Below are positions 1 through 10,566 of a stretch of DNA of 20,000 bases, in pieces. Under the pieces are notes generated by a model. It was not told the origin of the DNA. It saw only the letters and a program-made list of their open reading frames with translations, and did no database searches. Within the stretch, counting starts at the first letter, position 1. Each line of letters begins with the position of its first letter. This stretch comes from Halocafeteria seosinensis (lineage: Eukaryota), in contig LVLI01000320.1 of NCBI GenBank assembly GCA_001687465.1, forward strand, positions 54,216 to 74,215. The letters are read 5' to 3'. The position numbers and the translations under genes are program-made.

Positions 1-8
1 GTAGCGAA

Positions 9-974
9 ATGGTAGAGAAATCTGAGTTTAGCACCGGAGGTTCCCGGTATCATGAGAGTAACACCGGGTTCTCCGTCCCCACACCTGGTCACTCGAACCA
101 AGTTCGCTCCCCTAGTTCTATCATGAGCCCTGGCACTGCGTTTGGTACCGTTGCTGGTTTTGGCCCGGCTGAAGCAGCCACAGAGGAGTCGAAGGGTGGT
201 GCAACTAACACTGACCAATCTACAACTCATCAGACTTCCGGTGCTGAGACCGAAGCCCCACGAGGGATTGCCCAGAAGCGAAGGAAGCATAACACACGCA
301 GTAGTTCGAATGTTACACGCAATGGGAAGTTACCTCCCAAGGCACCAGCGCCGATGGCTCCTAGGGATAGCGCGACTAATCGACCAAATGCAGAGGGCCT
401 CTCTTCGCGGGGCTCCGCCGGCGAAAGCGCACAGGGGAATTCGCATTTTCTGTCACCAGCTGAAGCATTCTTCCGCCAATCAGGAAATGCTTTCGCTGTG
501 GCTCCGCAACAAAGACAGTGGTCACGAACCACTCCGCCTGTTCATTATATAGAAAATGTTGGGGATACACCGAACATAGGAAGTAGTTCTGCAGGCGACA
601 GATCTCCGTCAGAACGAGCACAGGTGGAAATTCCTGCGATGTACAGATACGACACTGACAATGCACCTCCCACAGACGATGAAAGCGAAAGGTCCAATAT
701 TTTGTCAGTCTCACCCAGCCCGTTGAAAGGGCATAGCCACTTCGAAGCTGTGCGACAGCGACAGTCTTCCTCTCCCAGTTCTCGGAATTCCGCCCTCACG
801 CGTGCTGGGGCGACCCGGTCCGATATACAGCAATTTTCTCCTTCCCGACGGAGTCCCGGTAGACCGCGATACGTCAATAATACTTATGCCCCGCGCCGTC
901 GCCTTTATGACGAACAAACATCTGCCGAAGAAGCAGCCTCTGTGATCTCTGCTTCCCTGACTGAAGAAACCTAA
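9..974 (+). CDS. Hypothetical Ser/Pro/Arg-rich, probably disordered protein (321 aa ORF; may begin upstream of the window)
   Basis: Long ORF ending in TAA at 972-974, low-complexity with many SP motifs and no recognisable domain. The frame is open to the window edge. Confidence 0.6.
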   Translation: MVEKSEFSTGGSRYHESNTGFSVPTPGHSNQVRSPSSIMSPGTAFGTVAGFGPAEAATEESKGGATNTDQSTTHQTSGAETEAPRGIAQKRRKHNTRSSSNVTRNGKLPPKAPAPMAPRDSATNRPNAEGLSSRGSAGESAQGNSHFLSPAEAFFRQSGNAFAVAPQQRQWSRTTPPVHYIENVGDTPNIGSSSAGDRSPSERAQVEIPAMYRYDTDNAPPTDDESERSNILSVSPSPLKGHSHFEAVRQRQSSSPSSRNSALTRAGATRSDIQQFSPSRRSPGRPRYVNNTYAPRRRLYDEQTSAEEAASVISASLTEET

Positions 975-1420
975 TATGTAGTGATGAGCGTTGTATATCA
1001 AACCTAATGAACAAACTTTACGTGTAAGCTATCGCTTCTACAACTACTCATTACTTCGCTTCTGTTCGTTTTCGTTCAAACGTTGTCAGATTACCGAAAC
1101 TTTCGGTTTCAAAATAAAGGTTGAAAAATTGTCGAGCCGAAATCCATTTTTGGATGCCGAACTTCAACCTGAGTCTGTCAATCCTCCCCACTCTCGAGAG
1201 TCTCTTGTAAGTTAGAGTAGTTTTTCCGAATGTAGGGTTGCATGACAAATAGCCTATTTATGCGCCAATTGTTGGTGTGATTGAATAGGCTAATCCACCG
1301 GAAAAAGGAGTCCATATCGCCAGTTGTTGAAGAAGGCACTCTTGAATCTGGGCGTTTAGAGGCTTCAGTGGGTATTGCACAGCATAGGGAGCCCATTAAC
1401 GTTGTTTATTCCTAACAGGT

Positions 1421-3928
1421 ATGGAGTCGTCGGAGAAGACTCCGGAGAGTGGTGCGCGGAGGGTGAACAGTGGTGTGGGAGACAAACGCAGTGGAAGAGA
1501 GCTCAGACGCAAAAAGAAGAGCCGTACGGGCACTACGGATAACAATGGAAAAGAGTACGACACTTACAGTGGCGCTGACTCTGAATCATTCCCTCCCGAC
1601 TCTCAGTTCTCCAGAAGTAATTCCAACTTTGGCGATGCTACTCCGGATAGTAGTGATACGCCTGGAGGAACACTGTCTAGCCAGTTCGAGGAGCTCAAGG
1701 TCCTGGGTCAAGGGAGTTTTGGAATGGCAGTACTCGTAATGTCCAAGAAATCAAGGAAAAGGTGCGTTGAACGTGGTTCTCCATAAATTCTTCATTGGAG
1801 TAACGCAGTATTTTGTATTTTTGCAGATTCGTGCTGAAGAAAATCAATGTACAAGCCATGTCTGAAGAGAACGTCAGAGAGGCTTTACGAGAGGTGCAAG
1901 TTCTTCGGGGATTGAATCACCCAAACATCGGTATGTCCCTATTATCTGAGGCACTTACTATACGAATTATTCTTTATCAGCAGCAAAATCTGCCTGTGTC
2001 CTCAGTTGGATATCATGGATCATTCATTGACCAAGGCTATCTCAGCATTGTGCTGGATTACTGTGATGGTGGCGATTTAGAACAGCAAGTAAAGCTGGCA
2101 AACAAACGCGGTCGGAACTTCAGTGAACGGCAAATTATTGATTGGTTCATACAAATCTTGTCTGGCCTGCACTACGTGCACCGGCACAGGATACTCCATC
2201 GTGACTTAAAAGCAGGAAACGTTTTTTTGACCAGCACTGGGAAAGTAAAGCTGGGGGATTTCGGTATTGCAAAGATCTTAAATGATTCTGGGACCATGAA
2301 ATCAATGGCAAAAACTGTTATTGGGACCCCTTAGTAAGTGGCTGTGTGTTGACGTTTCCGTTGTTTGCCGCGGTACGTCTATGCCCGTGACTTACAGCTA
2401 TATGTCCCCCGAATTGTGTGAATCGCGCCCATATAGCTATAAATCAGATGTGTGGTCCGCTGGCTGCATACTTTACGAACTACTTACTCTCAGGAGAGCG
2501 TTCGAAAGTGAAAACATCGCGGCACTTATATATAAAATTATGAGCGGATCATATAAACCGATAGAATCTAACCGATATTCACAGGAACTGATCAACATTG
2601 TCCACTCTTGTTTGAAGAATGACCCAAGCTCCAGACCTAGTGTTGGAGAACTAATTAGTGTGCCTGTTCTCAGACAGCGCGTTAGTAACCTTCGCAATTC
2701 CCAAACGAGTACTTCGCGGAGATTCGGGAGCTCTCAGCAAAGAACGAAAAAGCCAGTTCTGAAAAGTTTTCGCCGGAACCGGACCCCCAAAGTGAAGGAC
2801 TCCAGTGCTTCTTCCACTGCAAAGAATTATGGAGCCAGCAATGAAACAACAGGTGAAAACACTCCCGGCGAACCAACTCCGGAACACGAGCAACAGAATG
2901 GAAAATATCAGAGACGTAGAGCGCCTCCACCAAAACTTGACTTTGGCAGCTTTTCTCCAGAACCGGCGAATCACCAAGTTAATGTTTCTTACTACGAGTC
3001 TCCGCGGAAGAACACTGGAGGGGACCAGGTGGACGACTGGGGAGAAGATCCTATTTTCCGAGAAAGAGTGGTATCTCCTGACGACAGAGACGCAATATTA
3101 AAAGGTTTGGAATCGAACACCACAGATAAATCGGGCTTCAATGATACTGATGAACAGCAAGATGTCGAGAGCGGCGGTGGAGGACTACGCCTTCACTCTA
3201 CGAAACGAGTACCTCAACGACGTAACCGAGTAACGAGAACGCATAGCGAAGGGGAGCAGTTTACTCCCGCTGGTAAGGATGTACATTCTTCCACGCATAG
3301 CGATATTGAGAGACAGGGGAATGACTATGGTACCGCTCGCTCTCGACGAAGCTACAATAATTCGAGCTTCCGCAATTTTTCTCTCGCTAGTGATAGCTCG
3401 AGCTCTTCATCTGAGAAGCAAGATGAAAGCCTTACTGCAAGTCTATATGGAGCTGCAGGAGAAGCAACATCAAGAATATCGGGGGCCATTGATAAGAATT
3501 TGCAGGAAATTGATCTCCTCAGTGAACGAGTGAATGAGTGCGAAATTGAAGAAGAGTATTCGCAGTTTGAAAGCAAACACGCTGAAAATACTATGGCTTC
3601 GTTGGACGAATTCCAGAACGAATATGATACCCCAAGCCCTGCAGCAAACCAAAACCAAAAAAACTCATATTATTCGCGCTTTACTAGCGAAGAGGACGCC
3701 TCCGCACATATTGAGAAGCGACGGCAACAATGCATTGACGAGATGGGTTTCGAGAGATTTCAAGAACTCTACGAGGATTTAAAACATTCTCAAGAGCCGC
3801 AAGGGGAAGGAAGTGTTGACAGAGGAAGATCTCATACAGTGGAAGAGATCAGTGATTTTGGAAAGGTGGCGTACCTCCTCCAACTAGAAAGGCAGTGTGA
3901 AGGCAAAGGAATCGGTGAAGTCGAGTAG
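1421..3928 (+). CDS. NEK: NIMA-related (NEK family) Ser/Thr kinase, ~767 aa; exons 1421-1761, 1827-1930, 2006-2333, 2398-3928
   Basis: Splicing GT-AG introns 1762-1826, 1931-2005 and 2334-2397 gives LGQGSFG..FVLKKI..HPNIVGY..HRDLKAGNVFL..DFGIAK..GTPYYMSPE..YSYKSDVWSAGC, which is NEK-typical. The C-terminal IEKRRQQCIDEMGFERFQELY resembles the NEK1-type tail. Confidence 0.92.
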
Positions 3929-4213
3929 GCGTTGTCACAAATTGTGGCTTTGAACTAGGGAGCGTGCTAAGTAATCACACACAAATACCATTCTTCGTGC
4001 CTAGCAGATACACAAACTGTTTTATTATTGCTGCTGGTAGGATTAGACGTCCCATTTGTTGTACTTGTGTGAATTAGCATATCTTCACAGAGTTGCTTTC
4101 AGCTGAGGCCTTGGGCACTGGAAGTTTTCCGATAGTTTGATAGATGGTGACGCACCTTTGAGTGTCAAATTAGCGGAAGGCACACCAAACTTGATCAAAG
4201 AAAGAATTGCACA

Positions 4214-4657
4214 ATGGGCATTGATCAAAATCAACTCATTCGCGATTATGTTCCTTCCGAGCTGCAATCGAGGAAGCAATGGGAGCTTCTAGGACAAGAG
4301 ATGCTATATCGTGGAGGTGTCGGCCTTCTGACAGGAGTAGTCTTATGCACTGTATTCTTTCGAAGTAAGCGCACCGTGCCATGGGGATGCTGGGCATTTT
4401 CAGTGCTCGTATATGAGTACAATGTTTGCAGAACGTCCATTTATTCGTGGAAGCGTCTTTGGGCTGAGTGCCGGGACTGGTATTGGAATTGCTGTGGATG
4501 TACGTGCTTACTCGCACAAACTATATCAACAGCGCTGAGTATCACTCCTCGTGTGCATTTTCTACAGAGTGCAAATCAACGATTCTTAGCCATGCAAGCT
4601 AACGCCAATTCTGAGGTGGACACTACATCGTCTGGAGAAGCACCTCAGGAACGATAA
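4214..4657 (+). CDS. MIC10: MICOS complex subunit Mic10 (MINOS1/DUF543), ~102 aa; exons 4214-4364, 4432-4499, 4568-4657
   Basis: Introns 4365-4431 and 4500-4567 give SELQSRKQW..GGVGLLTGVVLCTVFF-RKR-PFIRGSVFGLSAGTGIGIAVDSANQRF: two Gly-rich TM helices joined by a basic FFRKR loop, the Mic10 signature. Confidence 0.82.
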   Translation: MGIDQNQLIRDYVPSELQSRKQWELLGQEMLYRGGVGLLTGVVLCTVFFRSKRTVPWGCWAFSVLVYEYNVCRTSIYSWKRLWAECRDWYWNCCGCTCLLAQTISTALSITPRVHFLQSANQRFLAMQANANSEVDTTSSGEAPQER

Positions 4658-5117
4658 TCACTTCGCTTCTCGCGGTTTAGCAATATGTCTCGCGAGGGGT
4701 AGTCTAGCTATCAAGGATGGTAAACGAAGAGACATGGTGCATAGTTTATGCTCCATATAGTTGCATTCTGTGAGTGCCATCTCTCGATGAACAGATTCAC
4801 AGCACACCAACATCAACCGTACTTCTCATCCATCAAAAATACTGAGGAGGGATTATAGACTAATTGCTAATCTGCTATTTCAGGTACCAGCCATAGACCC
4901 TGCTTTTGACGGGGTACACATGAATTTCTTGCTAGCTTGTAGCCACTTGTGAGGCCAAGTTGTAGGCTAGCGAATCTGGTTCAACGGCGCACGTTGGCGC
5001 GGCCTGTCGGTTGTCATTTGTATTGTATTGTACTGTATTAATTTTGTGTGTACCCACTTAGCATCGAGCGTGGTATTGTATTGTTGTCCATCCAGTTAAT
5101 ATTATATACCGTACATA

Positions 5118-6017
5118 ATGGCTAGTGAAGATGATTTGCGCCGGCTGAAAGAGGCTGGTATACCGGCGGATAAAGTGGACGAATACATGGCGGCGTTTGA
5201 GATGTTCGATACCAACAGACAAGGAAAAATTACGCACAGTATGCTCAAGGAAGTGCTTAATGGCCAGTTCGGTAAGTCCCTCCACTGCTCATGTGTAGTG
5301 GGAAGTGATAGACTGGGGAATGTCTCCCATTAATGCCTTGCAGGTCAAACATTCTCGGACGAAGACATTGATTACATGCTAAAACAGTTCAGTGATGATG
5401 GACAGGTCACGTTTGAAAAGTTTGCCAAAAGTCTTAGCGAGAAGATGGCCAACCCAGCCTACGATGAGGCTTTCGCTGATGCATTTGATTTATTGGACTC
5501 TGACAAGCAAGGGACGCTGACCAAGGAGAAACTACAAGAGGGGATGAAAAAACTGGGAGAAAACCTGACCGATGAGGAGGCAGATGAAATGCTCAAGGTT
5601 GCGTCTACTAAAGATGACTTTGTCAAACTAATGAGGCAAGGAGGAGGGATGAACAATGCGCAAGGCACACAGCAAGCGAGCACTGGCGTGGTGTCCGCCA
5701 GTACTGCCGGAGGTGGAAGTGGAGGCGCTGCCCAAACAGCTTCAAGTAAGTAATTTCTAGCCGCAAATACGTCATTAAATTTTTTTGAATGCAACTTTAT
5801 TACACCAATGTACTGTGCAGCACCTGCTGGTGGAGCCCGACCGAGACCTATTGGTGGTCAGGGGCCCCGACCAGCTGCGAATGGAAGCCCACGGCCAGCA
5901 GGACCCAGTGGAAATGGGTCACCTCGTCCACAGGGTCCAGGAAACAATTCTCCTCGACCAGTAGCGAGTCAAGGGCCACGGCCTGCTCCTAGAGGGTCGC
6001 CTCGTCCACGGGGTTAA
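5118..6017 (+). CDS. Calmodulin/myosin-light-chain-like EF-hand protein with Gly/Ala then Pro/Gly/Arg-rich tail, ~250 aa; exons 5118-5271, 5344-5745, 5821-6017
   Basis: AFEMFDTNRQGKIT, AFDLLDSDKQGTLT and LGENLTDEEADEML are calmodulin-like. GT-AG introns 5272-5343 and 5746-5820 restore a single frame ending in TAA. Confidence 0.85.
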
Positions 6018-6044
6018 TTCTTAACGCTCAACGAGTAGGTTCGT

Positions 6045-7959
6045 TTACTTTTGTACTAATGAACGAAAGCCGCGAGGTGATTTTTTCCGATTGCTAGACT
6101 GATTGTTTGAAACCAGCATTTCTAATGAACTAAGTGTTTTGTTTCTGGGAGTCTGAGTCCTATGATGCTTCCCAGATTTGTTCGGGGAAGTACCTTCAAA
6201 AATAGATACAAGGGAAGACTTATCGCGCTTGTTATTTCCTTCTCTTTTCTTGTTGGAAACTTCATCGTCCTCTTCTTTCAGTCCGTTCTCGTCGTGTTCT
6301 GAGACCCCAATCGTACTGGAAACACTCTTGTCGAACTGGTGACTGGGTGGTATAAGATAATTCAACGGGAAAACCGACTGGAGAAACGGGTGAAACAACG
6401 CCTCGAAAGGACTCAGTCGTTTGGCGGGATCGAGCGCCAAGCATTCCGCCAAAAAGTGGAGAAAATAGGGATCTCGTCGTCCAAGATAGCTACTGAGGGA
6501 ACTTAATACCTCCATGCGAGACCACTGGTGCCGCACATGGGTCTGTTGGTAATTTTGCGCGATGTTGCTGAAAGCACCGTTCTCCACCAAGGATGTCGGT
6601 AGCGGGCCAAGCAACGCAGTTATATGCTGCAATGCTTCCTCACGAGTGGTAGCCGGTACGAGCCTTCGACCACTCGCGCACTCTGCTAAAACGATACCTG
6701 TGCTCCAAACATCTATCTTTCCACCAAACCTGACACCACATAGTACTTCTGGAGCTCGATAACCTAAACTCTGGACGTCGAAGTCGGAACAATAATCTGA
6801 AATTTCCTCATACGTGAATGCATTCCCTAAATCCACAAGCGTTGCACGATTCACGTCGGTAGCTGGAGGGATTGGATGCAATGAGGCTTCAGTGTTCTCC
6901 GTATGGATGTCTTCACTGTCGATCATAACATTTCCTGGTTTTATGTCAGCGTGCAAAATCTCGCGGCGATCCAGGTATGTTAATGCCTGGACGAGATGGA
7001 GTGCTATCCGCTTCAGTGATTCGACGGAAGCACTTCGAGTGTATCCAATAGAGTCAATGGGCTCCGATGGATGGACAAGAAACACCTCTTCCGCTGTACG
7101 ACCTAATAACTCGAAGACAATACATATATGTCCAAAGAATTCGAATTTGCCGTAGCACTGGACCACTGCGAAAAGCATTACCAAGTGTACGGCACAATTC
7201 ATGAAAACGAAACGGCAATCACGCAGGCTTACGATTTACATGCTTTCCTGCTCCTGTTGCACCCGCTTCTAACAAGCGCCCATGTTCTTGATTTCCGATG
7301 TCAGCAAACTGTACTTTCATCATTTTGATTGCTAACTTTCTACGATTCTTATCGTACATGTCCTCACAACTGTTGAGATACGCACGGAAAATTCAAGTTA
7401 AAGACCAACGAATAGACATACGCAACACTTACGCAACGAGTTGACAAAATCCTCCATGGCCTAACGGGCTGCAATACCTATATCTTCCCGCTAGAAGTGG
7501 CGTCGGCTGCGTAAACTCTACATCTCCCGCTTCGTTTCGCGGAGGAGGCGACTGATGGTGACCGATATACGGAGGCAATTTATGCCGAAAACATACGTGC
7601 CGAACTAAATTTACCTGCAGGAGCATAATAATGGACACATGCGTACACTGTACTTCAATAGAACTATCCCTGTGAACATCAAAACCCACCTGGTTCCACT
7701 CTCGGACGGGCGCCGCTTCGTAAGGTATACGGCTACGAGAGGAGTGATCGAGAGTAAATTTGGGTTCATCATGGTCATGATCGTCTTTCACACTTTGAGA
7801 GCTCCTCCTATGACGTGTGTGGCTCCTCTGGGACTGGAGTTTGGACTGTCGTGAACTGACGGAGATAGAGTCCAGAAGAGAAGTCTTCTCGCCCTCTCTA
7901 GTACTTCCAGAATTAATTAACCTGAACGCCATATCGAAATGCTTACCTCCATTTGACAC
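6045..7959 (-). CDS. CMGC-group (DYRK/HIPK/YAK-like) protein kinase, atypical; introns 7615-7689 (probable), 7370-7432, 7166-7232; 5' end unresolved
   Basis: Spliced: RYRYCSPLGHGGFCQLVACED..LAIKMM..GHICIVFELLG..HADIKPGNVM..DLG..QSLGYRAPEVLCG..IDVWSTG..DPAKRLSPFEALFHPFL. A further donor (GTAAGC at 7946) suggests more upstream exons. Confidence 0.85.
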
Positions 7960-8278
7960 AGTCTAAAGAATGTACCAAGCATCAAGTCGTGGTTTGTATA
8001 TATCACTGGCTTCCTTGGAGATACTATCCAGTCGAACTTTTGTTTGGCGTCTCACTCCCGGGCCAGACTGAGTGTCTCATTCAGAACGTACTACATGCAT
8101 TGTGTTCGATGCCATCTCGGTATAGTATAGTTTATTTGAGCATGAAAGACTACGGCGAGTGGGCTGTTCTGTGAAACGACGTTGCTGCGGCAAACAAGCA
8201 AAGAGGACACTCAGAGTAGCTGATTGTTGCCTCGGGGAAAGTGGATAAGATACCAGTGCACATATTCATATCAGAAAA

Positions 8279-8821
8279 ATGACAAGGTCAGTAACACGCC
8301 AAGATAGACGGTACAACGACATCAGGAGTGGAGCGAACATTCATCCCCACTGTTTTAGCCGTCTTTAGCGTATGAAATGGTGTTTCGAGATTGTGCCAAC
8401 GTCGCTGTATGTGTGGTGTTATTTATTGCAGTATACACGCTAAGAGAGCTACACAGGAGACGAACCAAGAAGAAGATGAGCTCGCCAAAGGGCCTCTCTC
8501 AGTGCTTATGCACAGTGTCAAACACAACTCACAGGTGCTGATCAATTGCCGGAACAATCATAAATTGCTTGCCCGTGTTAAGGCCTTCGATCGTCATTGC
8601 AATATGTACGTCTCTTCCAGTTTGAGTCTTCTTATTTGTGTGGTGCTTGATATAGAGCTTTGCGATAAATATGCAGGGTACTAGAGAATGTACGTGAAGT
8701 ATGGACTGAATATCCCAAGGGGAAAGGCAAGAACGCCAAGCCGATAAACAAGGACAGAGTAATAAGCAAGATGTTCCTTCGAGGTGATTCAGTCATATTA
8801 GTGCTTAGAAACCCTAACTAA
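8279..8821 (+). CDS. SNRPD2: Small nuclear ribonucleoprotein Sm D2, ~108 aa; exons 8279-8286, 8432-8605, 8677-8821
   Basis: [64 protein letters not shown] is the SmD2 consensus. Intron 8606-8676 is clear; the first exon ATGACAAG|GTCAGT joins in frame to the acceptor at 8431. Confidence 0.95.
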
Positions 8822-8933
8822 TAGAGAAGTGCCAATATGGAATCTCATAAGCTTAACACGGACATGAGTGGGAGTCTATTGATAGAATTGCCGTGGGGAA
8901 CAAGTTAACAATGTAGACAACTTCCTTAAACGA

Positions 8934-9909
8934 TTAGCCTCGCTGCTGCTTCTGCTGCAAAGTTCTCACATACTCCATAAACGCCGAATCAGCCTCTTTC
9001 TGTTGCCGATCAAGATATTTTAATGTATCTTCCGTCACCTTCATCTTCTTCTCGGATTCGGCAACCTCGTTACCAAGCTGTTTCTGTAGCTCATCTCGGG
9101 GAGTCAGCAAGAACGACTTGCCTAGGCTGCGATAAGTCCTGGTGTTTTCCCCCAATTCTTGGATTGCAGATTTCGTCAGTTCGAGTTGCTTCTTCTGTCG
9201 TTCAGTCATTCTCTGTTTATCACGCGTTGAGGCAATCTGGCGTGCAACTTCTTTTACCCTAGCATCCAACTCCGAAAACTCCTTGTAGTCCTCTTCCCGG
9301 ATTTGTATCTGTTGCTGTCCTTGTCCTTGGCGATCATTTGCACTCTTTGATTGATTTGATTTCTTCCCTTTCGATGGATCGATTCTGCGTGTAGATGATT
9401 CTACTTCAAATACTGGTAGTCCATAGCGCCTGGCGTTTGTTTGCTTACCTAACAATGGCTTCTTCAATCGCAGCATGTCCAGGTGTTAGCTCTCTTGCGT
9501 CCATATAGTCCCTTAAGGCTTCGTTAAGTCTCCCAAGTTTTTCGAGCGCTGTCGCCCTGCAAGAGCATTTGGACCGAAGGATACTCGTACAAGCCGAAGA
9601 TAAGAAGGACGTCATTCAAACGAACCTTCTAAACAGAGCCTTAACATTGTTCTTTGAAAGGGTAAGACACGTCGTACAGTCTTCAACGGTACTTTCGTAT
9701 TCCCCTTTTCTAATAAAGCACTGCGCTCTGTTGCAGAGCAGCAGCCCTCGATCCTTATCATCAGCATGTGTCTCGGCCAAACTGAGAGCTTGTGTGTACA
9801 AATCAATGGCACTGTCCACCTCGCCGTCGCGATAAGCTGCATTCCCTTCTTCTTTCTTCTGAAGCCATTGTGGCTTGTCTTCACCCTGCTGTTTATTTTC
9901 TGTCGACAT
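8934..9909 (-). CDS. TPR (carboxylate-clamp) domain fused to a prefoldin beta subunit (PFDN1-like) domain, ~280 aa; exons 9909-9626, 9556-9449, 9384-8934
   Basis: N-terminus has three TPRs (KEEGNAAY..NRAQCF..KALFRRATALEKLG). C-terminus is coiled coil - TRTYRSLGKSFLLTP beta hairpin - coiled coil (LKYLDRQ). GT-AG introns 9557-9625 and 9385-9448 join them in frame. Confidence 0.82.
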
Positions 9910-10566
9910 TTTGTGCTTGGTATGCAATATATCCTCTTCTACCCTGCGTTAGTATTTGAATCCAGACAGACCTCCGAGGTTGATGGTGAGCAATGTCTTT
10001 ACGCTTAGCTGGAACGGTAGACTGCACACGGCACTCAAACTATGTATCTCATCAAGAAATTGGGACAACTGTTATCCCACCGGCCAATTATAACTTCTGC
10101 TGACTTGACACAAGGGTGGCCTTTATTTTTTGAAGTCTTCTTGACCAACACAACAAACAAATGTAACACTTGTGTGCAAGGGGAAGATGGCCAACAAAAA
10201 GACTCCGGGGAATGTGGTCCCCTATAGCTCCCCTACATCAGGGCAACGGAGGGCCGAGCAAGCCGAAGATTTTAGGTTGCTGAATGCCGAGCTTCGTACC
10301 ATATACTGTGTAAGGGATACATTGATAGAAATTGGTAACTACCACACAAAAGAAGCGCCTTATACTCTTTGAAGACAAGTAGAGGTTTTGCCCCCTCAGT
10401 AGTCCTAGGTAAGCAGAGAATTGTGTGTCTCTCAGACTACCTCGTTGCATTGTGATTGCCTATGCACAGCAGGAGCAGTCGGTTCGTTTTCAAGAGACTC
10501 TACGAAAGTAACGTTGCATTGCCGTACGGGCACTGCGATGTTCTGCCTTTGAAACTGAAACGGTGA

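Noticed and set aside
4960..5015. tRNA-like segment (TAGCGAATCTGGTTCAACGGCG)
   Set aside because: No T-arm GTTCGA at the right spacing and no acceptor stem.
4658..5117. Small gene in the Mic10 to EF-hand spacer (acceptor-like CTAATCTGCTATTTCAG near 4883)
   Set aside because: No coherent frame could be built; more likely UTR introns or promoter sequence.
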